A DNA stretch of 64,000 nucleotides, from assembly GCF_009914755.1 (NCBI RefSeq), contig NC_060926.1. One strand, 5' to 3'. Numbering within the stretch: the stretch's first letter is position 1; the number at the start of each line of letters is the position of its first letter. Shown here one piece after another: positions 1 to 14,441 of this stretch. The notes under the pieces are model-generated. The model saw only the letters and a program-made list of their open reading frames with translations, did no database searches and was not told where the DNA came from. Made by a program: the position numbers and the translations under genes. Origin of the DNA: the human T2T-CHM13v2.0 reference genome, Homo sapiens.

Positions 1-570
1 ACCATTATTTCTTTCTCACCATACTCCAAAATATTCCAAACGTTCTCTTTACAGTCACTCTTGCCTCCTCCTAGTTCTTTTTTTTTTAATCACAGAATTC
101 ATAGGAATTCCATTTTGAAAAAAGTAAAAGTAATCATGCTCTATATTTGATTAAAATTTTCGAAACACTCCTAGTGCTCAGGGTAACCAGGTCTCCAAAA
201 CATCATTATGAGCTGGTACCTGTCCACAGCTCTGGGCATCCTATCCCTTGATTAGTATTCTCTAGCCACACTGTCCTCTTCCTGATATACCTGAGCATCC
301 CACTTTTTACCTTATTTGATCGTCTCCTAATTATTGTTTGGTCATGCAGTGAATATGACCATTCCAGGATCTTACAATTACCCTTCATAGCGTTTGTCAC
401 AATGACTATCATTGTCTATTCAATTACTCAATACCTTTCTTTCCTACTAAGTGAAATACTCCAAGACGGCCAGCAATTTCTCTACCTTATGAATGCTGTT
501 ATTTGAAATGCCTGGTACCTAATGCCTGATATATAGTAGGTATTTAAAACTATTTGTCTAATAAATACAG
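1..570 (+). mobile_element. L2 LINE 3' fragment (old, degraded)
   Basis: Pyrimidine-rich L2-like body ending in an L2 3'-terminus-like motif 'tgcctgatatatagtaggtatttaaaactatttgtctaataaata'. Boundaries approximate. Confidence 0.55.
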
Positions 571-2945
571 TACTTAAAGATCACCTAGAAAAGACAATGG
601 GAATATGTTTGAGAATAATGAAAAGTATTTCTAAAGAGAAAGCCAAATCTGTAGAAATTTCATAATAATAATCAAATTAGTCTGAAAAATAATTCTTTCA
701 GAAAAGAGGTTCTAACAGAATTCTAAACATGTATCAAACTGATAAATTCTGTTTGTCTTTCAATACCCCAATCCAACCCTGTCCCCTGCCCAGAGCCTTC
801 TTTTACCTATTCTGGTCTTCTGCCATGAATTCTAATGAATTTAGTTCTTGTCTTATATTCCTTGTTATCCAAGTACTTCCTCAGAGCTAAGATCTTTCCT
901 TTGTACTTAGCGTCCAATTTTGTGCATATTAAGTAATCATTAAACCTTTACTAAATAAATATGTTCCGAGTGATTTATTACAGAATACTAAATATCAGCA
1001 AGTGTTAATGGAAGACCTATTATGACCCAGACAATGTAATAGACCACAATTCTGCAAAATATAAATAAATAAAAATAAGAACAACTTATAGCCCTTACCC
1101 TAAAGAGTCCTACTCTTACTTGGGACCCCTTTATAGTCTAGTTCTATCACTCATGATGCCCCACTCTGTGTCCTAATTCCAACACCTCCTAAGAGGAAAC
1201 AAGAGAATCATGCCCTGCTTCCCAGCAACTGCTAGAGTAAACCCATGCTTCATAAACCCTGATACAATGCATCAAATTAAAAGTGTACGTGCCTCATAAT
1301 TCATTTTTATTTACTGAAAATTTGGCTTACCACTGTTATAATATTGCATATGATTAATTATGCCATAAAATTTGTATGTTCAAGCTTATGTTTGACTCTG
1401 TAAAAGGATCCATGCCTGTTTTTTTGTATTCTATAGAGAGCTCAACACAATGCATTGAGTTTCTATTTGCATGATATTTACATAAATTTGCATTTCCACA
1501 TACTCCTATTAATTTTACATAAGAAGTACATCTAACTCGATGGACTATAAAATATAATCTTATGGCCTATAAAAGAAGTATAACTATTTTAAGAAACTGA
1601 TTAATGCAGGAAGTTAGCAAAAAGTATAGAATATGTGTAAAAATACTAAAAATCATAACTCCCCATTGCATAAGGATTTCTATTTGAAAAACATTCCCAA
1701 TTGCTCCCCCATCTGAAGCTTTTTAGATAAGTAGATCAGAGATGACATCGACCTTACCAGAAAAAACTGTGTCCTAGAAGTTAAGGGTTATCACCAAGGT
1801 CAAGGAATAGCTTCCTGGCACAATCACAACTTGAAGTCCTGACCCAAATCTGCAAAGCTGATGCTCATTTCACCTGTTTCCGGGTAATGAGTACACAGAG
1901 TTATGAGAGGCAGTATGAAAGAGAACTCTCTTACAGATGAGAGAAGCTACAGAACTCCAACCTTCTTCCCTCTTCCTCTGACGTTCTCACTCCTCCCACT
2001 TCTCCAAAACTTTGTTTCCTCTCATCAGATGCACAGCCTAGAAATTAAGAAATTGAGGGTGCCCAATCTCTGGGCTACTTGCATTATCAACGGAGGACTT
2101 CTTAAGCCCAAAAAACTTTGATGTCTTGGAGAGATACAGCTAATACTGTGTAATTAGGAGTAAAAAGTTGATTTTTTATAACGCAAAAGGACAGTTCTGC
2201 TTAGGATTGTTAAGTAGCTGAAAGGATAAGTAAAAATCCAGCTGTTTAGTGAATGTTAAGTCCCTGCATAGATAAGAATACATAGGAATTGGAGAATTAG
2301 CTTTTTAGATAAATAATTGAATTAAATAAGAAATTAATAACAACCACCCCAATGTTGTTTGTCTTCTAACAGTAGACACTTGGCTCAGCAGCCTGTCCGT
2401 ACTATCTCCAGTCCTTTCAGTATATCCATACAACACTTGTTTTTAACTTTCTAGGTGAGCAAATTGATGCTTAAAAGTTAGTGCAACCTGTCCAAAGTGT
2501 CATAGCTAATACATAGCTGAGTCAGGATTCAGGCTGTGGTCTCCTAAATTTTAAAATCATTCTTAAAATCTGATCCTTTAGATTGTTGATATAAACTTGA
2601 AGAATTGGAAAGCTAAAAGTGAATCTAGAAAAATTGACCTGTTTGTCTCAGTTTTATGATCACAAGTTTAAGGCTGATGTGCTAGATTGCAGAGCTGGTT
2701 AGACATTAGGACTAGAACCAGGTCTCTGCTTTCCAGGCATAGGTTGCTTTTGTTTGTTGGGTTTTTCCCATAAGCATCATGCTGTCACTCTTTCTCCTCA
2801 AGCTAACTCCCCATGCACATGCTCCACTCGATGGAATGTCTACAGTGGTCCTTCTTGTTTGGATTCCAGTGGATGATCTTCATCACAAAACAATACAGCC
2901 CACGTGGTGACCTGACAGCAGTAGTACATTGACAGTGAAGAAGGG

Positions 2946-3306
2946 CGAATTAGTCTGTTCTCACAACGCTGATAAAAACATATCCAAGACTAGGTAATTT
3001 ACAAGGAAAAGAGGCTTAATGAACTCACTGTTCCACATGACAGGGGCGGCCTCACAATCATGGCAGAGGGTGAAAGGCACATCTTACATGGTGGCAGACA
3101 AGAGAGAATGAGAGTCAAGTGAAAGGGAAAACCCTTTATAAAACCATCATATCTTGTGAGACTTATTCACTAACACGAGAACAGTATGGGGGAAACCACC
3201 ACCATGATTCAATTATCTCCCACCAGGTCCCTCCCACAATACAAGGGAATTATGGGAGCTACAATTCAAGGTGAGATTTGGGTGGGGACACAGCCAAACC
3301 ATATCA
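2946..3306 (-). mobile_element. THE1 (THE1C-like) solo LTR, ERVL-MaLR
   Basis: 'attagtctgttctcac...ggtgagatttgggtggggacacagccaaaccatatca' is the reverse complement of a THE1 LTR. 5-bp TSD aaggg/atggg (1 mismatch). Confidence 0.9.
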
Positions 3307-4729
3307 ATGGGACACATTATTCCAGCCACAATGTAAGACTGTCTTTGTATTGAGAATAATTTATGTTCCAATCTTAGCGTGGACAGTGTGGGTGACATTG
3401 CCTGCATCCTGTTGTGTATACACCAGGAGACTCAACTTTCAAACCTGTACAGTTGCACCTATGAAGCCCAGCACACAGGGTTGTTATAAATAATAACAAC
3501 AATTTTTATAAGTATAATAGATAATAATATGCATAAATTATATAAAATAAATAAATGATATTATCTTTCTTGCCTCTTTCAAGGCAAACATTTTCAAACC
3601 CAGCATCAATGGTTTGTTGAGTACCTGACAAAAACAAAGAACATCAGCTGAACCATATTGAAAGTCAATGTAGGGTAGTTTTCCAATGAAGCTTGGAAAT
3701 TAATTGTGCAGTCATGACATGTGAATTGAATATTATTTGCTGCTCACTGCAAACATTTTCAGCATATGGTATGAATACTCAATATTTCAATATTTATCCA
3801 CCTAACTTTACTTTCCTTTTCCCTCTTGTTGTGCAGTGAATATAATGTTGTCAATTTTGTAAAGTAAGAGTAGTTATAAAATATTGATAGGAATATCAAC
3901 ACAGTATCATTCATACCTTACACTCACTCTATTATGTGGAAAGTTGCATGCTGTGATATAAAATATACAGCTTTTTGTTTTGCTCTATCAAGAAAATAGA
4001 ACGTTACTTCAGTAGGTGGCCGCTTTACAATACAATGTCCTTCATTCACATACTTCATTGTTGCTACCAGGCAATCATTATTTCAGTAAGTTGTGGAGTG
4101 TGGCAAGAATAGTGAACTATCTGATGGAAAATGCAAATACGACTCAACCACTGTTCACTGACTGAAATAACCTTACTGATTAGCTTCCTTTGAACTTTTC
4201 ATCCTTTTCCAATGATAGAAATATGCCATTTTTATTCATGTTGAGTATCAGCTATGGACGTTCCATATTGCCTTTCTGTATAAATAATTAGCTTCAACTT
4301 CTGCATAACTCCATATTTTCTTTTTTCTTCCTTCACTTTAACTTTATATTGGAACTGTATCAGCCAGTTTGCAGAATCTGCCTTCTCTGCCAAGGTTCAG
4401 TTAAGTTCCATGTAGCCATAGTTCTCATCATGCATGGGAACTTAGGGTATAATTTGAGTAAGACTCATCCTAGTCCTTGTTCTTTCATAGATTTGGAGGA
4501 TAATATTGTGAGAGGAGCTACAGGACACGCGGCATTTCTAAGATATCAAGAGGTGAGGCTTTAAACAAATTATGGGAGCAGAAGCCAAAGGCCTAGCAAG
4601 CCAGTAGGGATATTTGCCTCTACTCTAGAGCAATGAGAAGCCTCTTAAAGATGTTAAGCATGGTGACATTTAGTTGGTATTATTTTATTCTTTTATTTTG
4701 CTTCATTTGTATACGGAATTATAACTTTT

Positions 4730-5075
4730 ATGTTGAAGTATAGATTACATAAAATAATATGCACAGATTTTATTGGCACAGCTCACTAAACTTCATAAAT
4801 ATGCACATCCATGTAAACCATTACCCACATGAAATTACAGACCATTCCAGCAACCATAGAAAGTTTCCTTATGCCCCCGCTAAGTCATATGCCTCGAAAG
4901 GTAATCACCCTTTCTACCTCCACTGTCATAGATTGATTTGAGTTTCTTGGGGGTCTTCTTTTGCTTATCATTATATCTGTGAGATTCATCCATGCTACTG
5001 CATGCAGGTATAATCCATTTTTTTCAGTGCTATGTTATAGAAAATTTTTATATAGTCTTCTATGGGTGGACATTT
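4730..5075 (-). mobile_element. Old L1 (L1ME-like) 3' end fragment
   Basis: Antisense L1M 3'UTR motifs such as 'ttatatctgtgagattcatccatgct' and 'atgggtggacattt'. Confidence 0.55.
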
Positions 5076-5450
5076 TAAAACCTCATTATGACTGATGCGT
5101 AGTAAGTAGGTTAAAGGAAAGGGAAGCAAAGGAGATGTTTTGAGACTGCCTCAGAAGCTACTACAATAGTTTGGGTAAGAGGCGATGACAGGCCAGATTA
5201 GAGATGCTATTTTGGAGAAAACTAAACAATGGATCATCTTGAGAGAAATTCAGGACCTGATAAATGATTTGAAATGAACAGTTAGGAAGAAGAAAAAAAT
5301 CACATCTAATGCTGGTATTTCTCACTTTAACAGCTGATAAAAAAAAAAAACTGTGGAAGAATATATTGTTTGGTGGGGAAATACTGAGCTCAATTTTGGA
5401 TATGTTCAGGGTGAGACACTTTTGATACAATTAGAGACATGAGGAAATCA
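5075..5450 (-). mobile_element. L2 fragment
   Basis: Purine-rich antisense L2 motifs such as 'tgagctcaattttggatatgttcagggtgag'. Confidence 0.5.
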
Positions 5451-5974
5451 ACATCCAGAGGTGAAATACCATGGAGAGGAGGCAAATAATCAATTTTTCT
5501 CACAAGAATGCCTTTCATTGGGTCCAGAGGCTCTCTGCTGTTTACAGAGTTCATTTACGATTGTAAACCTATTTTTGTTACTCTACTGATTATTAGGACC
5601 CTGCAGGGCTCTGTGGCACATGCAGTCTACACAGCCAGGTTCTGTTGATAGCTATTGAGGTCTTCGCTCTTCTTGGCAGAGGGGTTAGCCATGGATGAGC
5701 CTTTCCCACCCCTTTCTAAAGGTTCTTCTCTAGGCCACTCACCTGATGACTAAGCTCCATGATTAGGACTGAAAGGCTGAGAAGAAATTGAGGTCATGGT
5801 TTTTCACAGCCAAGGCCCCTCTTCAAGGCTAACTTCAGGGTTATGATAAGAAATCTGTTGCTTAAAGCTGCTTACTCCTCTCAAGTTCATATTCTGATGA
5901 GCTTTAGAGTCTAACAGAGTGGTAAATGTGACCCAACAGTTGTTCTACTCAGCAGCATTTTGCATCACGTGTTT

Positions 5975-6363
5975 AAATGCCCATCAATGATAGACAGGAT
6001 AAAGAAAATGTGGCACATATACACCATGGAATACTACGCAGCCATAAAAAAGGATGAGTTCATGTCCTTTGCAGGGACATGGATGAAGCTGGAAACCATC
6101 ATTCTCAACAAATTACCACAAGAACAGAAAACCAAACACCACATGTTCTCACTGATAAAGTGGAAGTTGAACAATGAGAACACATGGACAGAGGGAGGGG
6201 AACATCAAACACCGGGGTCTGTTGCAGGGTAGGGGGAGTTGGGGAGGGATAACATTAGGAGAAATGCCTAATGTAGATGACGGGTTGATGGGTGCAGCAA
6301 ACCACCATGGCACGTGTATACCTATGTAACAAACCTGCATGTTCTGTACATGTACCCCAGAAC
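5975..6363 (+). mobile_element. L1PA7-like 3' fragment (end of ORF2 plus 3'UTR), no poly(A)
   Basis: ORF 5960-6232 encodes the L1 ORF2 C-terminus ([35 protein letters not shown]). 3'UTR contains 'gtagatgacgggttgatgggtgcagcaaaccaccatggcacgtg'. The match stops at 'ccccagaac'. Confidence 0.9.
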
Positions 6364-7478
6364 CCACAGGGCAACCCACACAATGTGTGCTCCTGTGGGC
6401 TGGAGGAGTTCTGGAGAGCACACCTGATCCCCACAGGAAGCCTCTGCAGCTCGTATGCAAATCCTCATTCCATAGTTCTGATGGGGGCGGGTGGTGTCCC
6501 TAAATTTTTTCTGGCAAACCAGCATGCACATTCTCAGTGTCTATCTCGTCCCTTGAAACTAGCTGTCCCCAGTTGACTGGTTGTCCTCTGAAGTCAACCT
6601 CTTGTGAAACGTGGGGAACTGCAGCCACCATGGGCCTTGGCCTTGAGAGAGCTCAGAGATGGAGACTGGGCAGAGCCCACTTCAAAGGGGCCCACCCAGG
6701 AGGGGGACTGCTGGCTCTGAGTGCAAACCTGAGCATGGAGGCAGAGATGGCCTGCCTGTGAGGGTGGGTAGGCATTTGGGGATTTAACAATCAGTGGTCA
6801 GTGAGTAGCTGACAGGTTGGCAGGGCTCAGGGCAGTAAAGCTCTGCGTCTTCAAGATAGGACAAGATAGGACATCCCTGTTCACCATGAGACAGTTTCTA
6901 TTCTTTTTAGGAATAAAATTGTAGATAAGCATGTAGGGTGAGTTCTTAGGAGCTGGGTCCAGAAGCACCATACACCACTTTTGTTTACCTTTATCTATTG
7001 TATAGTCACGTGGGCACAGTTAACTTCAAGGGAGGCTCAGAACTGTAGCCTAGCTGTGTGTTCAGGAATAAGAACAGATATTCAATTTTGGTGAGTGCTT
7101 CTAGCAATCTCTGATACAATCACAAGTCAAAGTATCTGAAGATCAGGTATTGTTCATATTCCTTAAACAGCATTAAACCAGACAGATCAAAATGTCAACA
7201 TATGTCATTTGAGGTTATACTTATATAAATATAGTTTCTCCAACATGTCTCTCCTACAAGCACCAATGGATATATTAAATTGGAATTAATATGTTAGTAT
7301 ATTAGTGCTACAGTCTAATGAAGAACAGGTGGGTAGTTGCATGACATGAGTTAAGACTGTGATTTTAACTTAAGTGAACACGAGGAAAGGGATTAGAACT
7401 GGGGAAATATAATTACTTAATTTGGAATTTGGCCAGAATAGCAGAGCTGAAAACTCCAATGTAACTCATTGTGAAATG

Positions 7479-7480
<2 letters not shown>

Positions 7481-7522
<42 letters not shown>
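7481..7522. repeat. (GT)21 microsatellite
   Basis: Perfect GT dinucleotide run read directly. Confidence 0.97.
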
Positions 7523-7524
<2 letters not shown>

Positions 7525-7599
7525 ATGGCAACAAATAGTCAGGAACTTAAATCAAATTGACAAGCATGCAAACTCATCTTTCTCTTCTTTCTTTTTTTT

Positions 7600-7642
7600 T
7601 CTCTCTCTCTCCTCTCTCTCTATCCACACACACACACACACC
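7600..7642. repeat. Short compound (CT)n/(CA)n microsatellite
   Basis: 'ctctctctctcctctctctctatccacacacacacacacac'. Confidence 0.8.
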
Positions 7643-9211
7643 CAGCAAAAACTTAATCAAGTGCAGCTGGTTTATAGCATATTTCATCTGCCCTCATCTT
7701 TTTTTCTCAAGGAGAAAAGGTGTCTCTTGCTGACAAATGATGTGTCTGTATGTACTTCAAGCAGTTCCTGAAGCAACCTCGATATCTAGCTTAAACATTG
7801 TCCAGACTTATCTCTATTCAACTAGTGAAACATAATGAGATCTGGGAACAGGATAAAAGAATTGTTTCATGGACGATATATTGCAGAGACCAGAATTCTG
7901 AGCTTTGTGTCTCACTCGGGCTACTTAACAGGCAGTCCCATGAGGGGAGACCGCCCCCTAATGGAGTGTGAGCAAGCAAAAGACTCTTGCTTTGGGCTTA
8001 GTGATAAAATGTCAAATCCCCAACTTGGTCTCAGTTAAAATATGCATTTTAAAATAAAATGATATAAGAGAGTTAAAGAACACTTGAATGGCATGTTCAA
8101 ATTTAAAATGCAGTTTTCAATATTGTCCTGTATAAACGAAGAATGGCAAAATAGCCTATTTATGGCTATTCTTTGCAACTCTATAGATCTCTTCTGAAAT
8201 CCACTAGATTTTAATTTGCTATTTAGTTATTTGAAATTCTCTTTTGGCATCAGTACATTTCTGTTATTCCGCACTTTTTTTCTTAAATACAAGCTCAGTT
8301 CTAGACTTTCACCATACATCTTTTTTTTTTGTTTTTTTTTGAAAAGAGGACTGGAAAAGATGGTTAACAGTTTTAAAAAAGGTAAAGTCAGTAATTAATT
8401 TCTAATACTTAAGCAAAATATAGCACAAGTTCATTGTTTGGTTGTTGCTATTTTAAATGTGTGTTCTTTTCAGTATAGACGTCTTAGAGAAAAGTTTATT
8501 TCAGGTTAGACTCTTCCAAAAACTGTAACAGAGTAATTAAATAAAAATTTTAGATCTATGAGTGATATGTAGTAAAATAAAAAGATGTTATTCAGGAGGA
8601 TTGACATGTATATGAATATTCACTAACAAACATAGAGTAAATAGAGATATAAAAACTCTTAAGAAAAAAATAACTGAAAAATGTCTGGCCTAAGGAATTA
8701 TTTTCATCTTCTGTGTAACTTTGTGTAAGAGTACATTTAATTTGGACATACTCTGACAAGTAAGCAAGAACAAATACTGAATTGAATTGGCATATTCCAG
8801 GGAGTTATTCATGAGTTGATTCATTAACAAAAACATTTTTTCATACAAGCATCACATTTTTCTGGATATAATTTCGTATGACTAGTCAAGCTCTCAAAAG
8901 TTGAAAAAATTATCTGCTCTTTCTCCATTGACATGACACAAAGCAACATCACAAGATTCTTCCCTTTGAGTCTCTAACTTGAGTGGTCTTTAAGTGTATG
9001 TGTATTTCCTGATAGCTGTATGCCTACAGAGTGAATAAAGTAGGCGATTTTCTGAAAAAACTTCAATTTCTTCTACTTGATCATAGTTTGTACATTTTTT
9101 TCAACTTGAATGAAACCTTGAAAATTGAATTTATAAAGAAATTAATAAAATTTGGAACATAGAATGTGCAAAATAAGCTATTATTTTAGTTTAAATTAAA
9201 AGCATGCTTAG

Positions 9212-9538
9212 TAGGACATGGATGAAGCTGGAAACCATCGTCCTCAGCAAACTGACACAGGAACAGAAAATCAAGCACCACGTTCTCACTCATAAGTGGG
9301 AGCTGAACAATGAGAACACATGGACACAGGGAGGGGAACATCACACACCAGGGGCAGTTGGGGGGTGGGGGGAAAGGGGAGGGAGAGCATTAGAATAAAT
9401 ATCTAATGCATGTGGGGCTTAAAACCTAAATGACTGGTTGATGGGTGCAGCAAACCACCATGGCACATGTGTACCTATGTAACAAACCTGAACGTTCAGC
9501 ACACATATACAAGAACTTAAAGTAAAATTAAAAAAAAA
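9212..9538 (+). mobile_element. L1PA8-like 5'-truncated 3' end with A tail
   Basis: 'ggacatggatgaagctggaaaccatc...ctaatgcatgtggggcttaaaacctaaatgac...aagaacttaaagtaaaattaaaaaaaaa'. Confidence 0.9.
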
Positions 9539-10012
9539 TTAAAGTCTCTTGTTCACATTTGGAATTCTGAGGTTTCCCAAATGAGGGCCGATATTGTGTT
9601 AGCATCAGTAGAGAGGTTAATAGTTACACTAGCAGTTGAGCAGTTTTAGGGATTTTTTAAAAAATTGTTTTTGTTTTATTATAGAGATGTTCCAATGATT
9701 TATGTTTTAATTTTTTACTTCAAGTGAAATTTTAGTTTTAGTATTTTTAAAGAAATAAAAGGTCATCATCAGTGTCTGCCAATACTGTATATTAACGAAA
9801 TGGAAAATGAACTTTATTTCCACTATCAATTGCTAGAAAAAAAAAGATCTTCACTATTAAAGGACTGTAGTCTAAAAAACTGTAGATTTGATTATTTCTG
9901 CTATTTCTCTGAAACTTTCTCATCCAATGCTACAAAGTAGCCTGACTCCAAAAGTACAGCCCACTGGAAAAGCTATTTTCTTTTAAGACTAGATTAAAAT
10001 AGGGTTGTTTTG

Positions 10013-10450
<438 letters not shown>

Positions 10451-13256
10451 TCACATGGCAGATGTTCCATTAACCCTTCTTCCGCTGCTAGCAATTAGCC
10501 ATTTGAATTTTTTTCCCCTTTCCTTATTAAAATGGCAATGCAGCCCCTGCTGCCTGCTAGACGGCAATGTGCCAAAGAGTCAGGTAATCTCAGCGGGTGA
10601 AGTTTAATCCTAATTAGAGTGGTGTCGATGGGACGGTGGAACAGTTATTGTCACAAGCAGGAAGTACACTAGACAGGTGGTTTCAAAGGCAGGCTATAAA
10701 GAATGTGCAGCACATAATAAAGTCACCGGAGACCAGCCGACACAATGATTCTGATGCTCTTGCTGAAGCTGACCTTTTCACAGAAAGTGGGTCTTATCTT
10801 ATCCCTGTGATAAATGTGAGCCTAAGTCATAGAATCATGACCTTTGAACATATAGGCTGACTTTCAACAGACTGTCCCTTAACTCCCAGAAGGGGAAGCA
10901 CACTCGGGGGACAGTCAGCTACGATCATTATTTTCACGTGCAGACTGTTGGCCGCGGCGTTCTTGCTGTAGCTCCAGCGTGGATGCATGCTGTCATAAAA
11001 TCGACTGCCAAGCCCACGTGCTGTGGTTCTAGAATTGAGATGGCCTTCAGCACTCATCAAATGAGCCCAAACAGAGCAAAGACTAAGAAGGAACAATCCC
11101 AGTTTTTATGTGTATGTGTGAAACTGAGATGTTTTTCCCCTAGTAATTTTAAGCAGAGATTACAGCATATGCTCTTAGCTTCCCATCTAAGAACCTAAGA
11201 AATTCTTCATGACCATGACATAATGAATGAATGTTAAATGTGTAGCACTACGTTAAGATTGTATTTGAAGATATACTGAAAACAGGGTGATTAGGTAAGC
11301 GGCTGCACACTGCAGCTTCTCTCCCTCTTAGGTTTCTTCTGAATTGTGTCTTGCCTGGCCTTCATTGTAAGCCGTTCTTATGAAGGCTTGAATACCCAGT
11401 TATCCTTGTTTCTAGACTGAAGCTGAAAGACCTCGCCCAGCAATTCCCAGATTTTGCTGGTTTGGTTTTCCCAGACCCTCCTTACTGTGAGAAAACTTCA
11501 TGCCTTGATAGAATCTCTTCTTTCACCCTCATTCTTCCTCTGATGTTTTTGCTCCTCAACGCATTTGCAAACATCCTGCTACATGGTTGCTTCATTGTTC
11601 ATATTAATCTCTCTCCTATCAGCCAGTGCTGGCCTTCAAAATGCTCAGCTCGCAAGGGTTCAAACCTCCACACACCAATACATGAGCGTGCTTCTCCCAG
11701 AAGGATCCAAGCAAGGTACAGGTGAGGAATCGGGACACCACGTATTATGGTATTTAGGTCAATGTATTACATATTTTACCAATAAACAAAGTGTGGACAT
11801 AATCAGAGCCCAGCACAATTGCTCAATTGTTGCATTGTTTTGAATCTCAAAGAGATATATGTTGCATTGTTTGATCAGAACAATCTCCTATGTCAGGAAA
11901 CAGTGTTACACTCTCAGTCCTCCATGTTTGGCCAGAGGTCATTCTTATTCCTATGTAAAAACAGGTTGTGAGAATGCACTTTTTAGCTGAGATTACCCAG
12001 ATATCCTCCCTTGATGCATCCTATTCATGGTCATTGGGATCCATTAGGGTCGTCTGGGAACTGCCTTTCCCCATGAAGACAGAGCCTGGCCCTTTTATTT
12101 ATTAGCTGTGTGTTTTGAGGGAACCCTCTTAACCATTGAACCCACATTCCTTACCCAAAAAATAGACAGCGTGAACCTTAAACTAACTCATGTTTTGGTT
12201 AACAATAAGATTGTACTTAGCACATAATATACAAGTAAAAACATAATATTACTAGTATTAAATTATTATGGGTTCTTTTCATATATACAAAGGCAATTAT
12301 TCCACCTTTAATACCATCTTGCCAATGAATATACAAGAAGAGCTAAAACTTTTGTGTGCGCTTTCTGAATAAAAATGTTCCTAGACTTTAATCAAAAACT
12401 CTTCCTCACTTCAGAAAATAGAATATTTAGGCCAGGATTCAAACTAAACTCCTAAACCTGCTGCATGTCAAAACTTCTGCTCTTCCCTCATCTATACAAC
12501 TCCAAGAAAGAACCTGGGAGTGGTCATCCTATTTGATACTTTCTCCTTGCTCAGTGCTCTACCTCCTAGCACTTTTCCATTGCTTCATTTGTTGGAGGAT
12601 TTCTGAGGTTTCAGCATCATTGTGTTGCAAGTAATGGGGAAAAGAGGTGATGCCACAGGGCAGTTCTTCCCTCCCTGGGATTCCTTGTGCACTCTGAGCC
12701 CAGGAAATGGTTAAATTCAGGGCTTATTTGCAGCTGGAGCAGTTGTTAAGATACGGAACTATTCCATATGGCCAGACTGTTCCTATCCACTGCCTCAACC
12801 TCCTCCCTTCCCACTGCCAACAGGGTCTCACTCCGCTCCCCACACCTCTGGCCCTCTCTCAAAATCACAAGCTGTCTTGTCCTCACAATCAGGCAAGTAA
12901 ACAGTCAAGTCTGGCACAGCAGAGTGCATCCAGGGCCCTGGAGCCAGCTTCTACTCTGACAGGTTGGGGCACACGGTGCACTGGTTGTTAAAGAGTTTGA
13001 ATACAGATTCTGGTTATAATTGACTCCTTCCCTCAGGATCACTTGATGGCCTCTTCACGATTCCTCTGCAGTACAAAAAGGCTGTTCCTTTGACTAGAGA
13101 ATGCAAGTCACCTCCACGGGGCCCCTTCTCTCCTTTCTCTGCTCCTGGCCTTGCAGCCGTGTGTCTTCAGCCTGTTTCTGTTGAGGTCTCCTTGTCCACA
13201 GTCAGGACAATGTATCTTTCTCTTTCCCACATAGTCCATAACTAGTTTACAAAATA

Positions 13257-13350
13257 CAGTTGCCAGAAAAAATGCCAGGTACCCAGTTAAATTTGAATTC
13301 CAGATAAACAATGCATAGTATTTTAGTATAAGAATGTCTCATAAACTATT
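13257..13350 (+). mobile_element. MER53-like hAT MITE, one arm only
   Basis: 'gttgccag...cccagttaaatttgaattccagataaacaa...ttttagtataag' matches the remembered MER53 arm. The mirror arm is absent. Confidence 0.7.
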
Positions 13351-13487
13351 GAAAAAAAATTAATCAATTATATTTCATCTTATTCATAAATAATACCATC
13401 TCAAGGGGAGAGGTAGCAAGACCTGAAGAGGCCTGAGGCCTCTTTAGGAAGATTTGGTTTTCCATTGTCTTCAGAAGACTGTGACAT

Positions 13488-14365
13488 TGGGAAGTGTACC
13501 CTTCTCTTCTATTTTTTGGAAGAGTTTAAAAAGGTTTAGTATTAAAATTTTAAATGTTTGTTACAATTTAGCAATGAAGCCATCTGGAGCTGGACTTTTC
13601 TTTTCTACTGATTTTTTTTTCATTACTAATTTATATCTTCATTTGTGACAGATCTATTCAATATGTTTGCTTCTTCTTGAATCAATTTTGGTAGTTTGTG
13701 CCTTTCTAGGAATTTGTCAGTTTAATATAAGGTATCTAATATTTTGACATACAATTATCTATACTATTCACCTCTATTTTTTTTTCATTCCTGTAAGGTC
13801 AGTGGTAATCTCTCTTCATTCCTTGCTGACTCTACAGTTGGAGTCTTCTCTCTCTGTCTTTTGCTTTCTCTCTCTCTCTCTCTTTCTTTTTATCATTCTA
13901 GCTAAAGATTTCCCAATATTGTTAATCTTTTCAAAGAATCAGATTTTGGCTTCATTGATTTGTCTCTCGTTTTCCTATCTTCTGTTTTATTGATGTCTGA
14001 TCTATTGTTATTATTTGCTTTCTTCTGCTTTCTTTAGGATTAATTTATCCTCCTTTTTCCAGCGTTTTAAGGTGCAATTTTAACGTATTGCTTTGAGGGT
14101 TTTCTTCTTTCTTAATATAAGCTTTTACAGCTATAAATTTCCCTCTAAGCACTGCTTTTGCTGCAACTCATAGGTTTTGGTATGGCATGTCTTTATTTTC
14201 ATTTATTTCTAGGTTTTTTTTATTTTCCTTTTGATTTCAGCTTGACTTTCTTGGCTATTTGGTGTTCAAATATTTGTGAGTTTTTTATATTTTTTGCATT
14301 ATTAATCTCTAATTTTCTGTCATTATGGTTGGGAAATATATTTTGTTTATTTCTATCTTTTTGAG
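13488..14365 (-). mobile_element. Old L1 (L1M-type) ORF2 fragment
   Basis: T-rich antisense L1 motifs such as 'cttctattttttggaagagttt', 'tgaagccatctgg' and 'ctataaatttccctctaagcactgctttt'. Confidence 0.8.
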
Positions 14366-14441
14366 TTTAGTAAAATTATATTTTTGATAACACCTTTTCA
14401 CTAGTTCTTCAAAATTTGGGGATTATACAATGTATATACTT

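Noticed and set aside
6455-6491. Octamer ATGCAAAT plus GC box resembling an snRNA distal element
   Set aside because: No PSE or snRNA-like sequence recognised nearby. Two short motifs are expected by chance.
11715-11730. Splice-donor-like CAG/GTGAGG, and acceptor-like ttttccctttctag at ~21976
   Set aside because: Isolated splice-like motifs with no supportable exon or reading frame. Transcript data would be needed.
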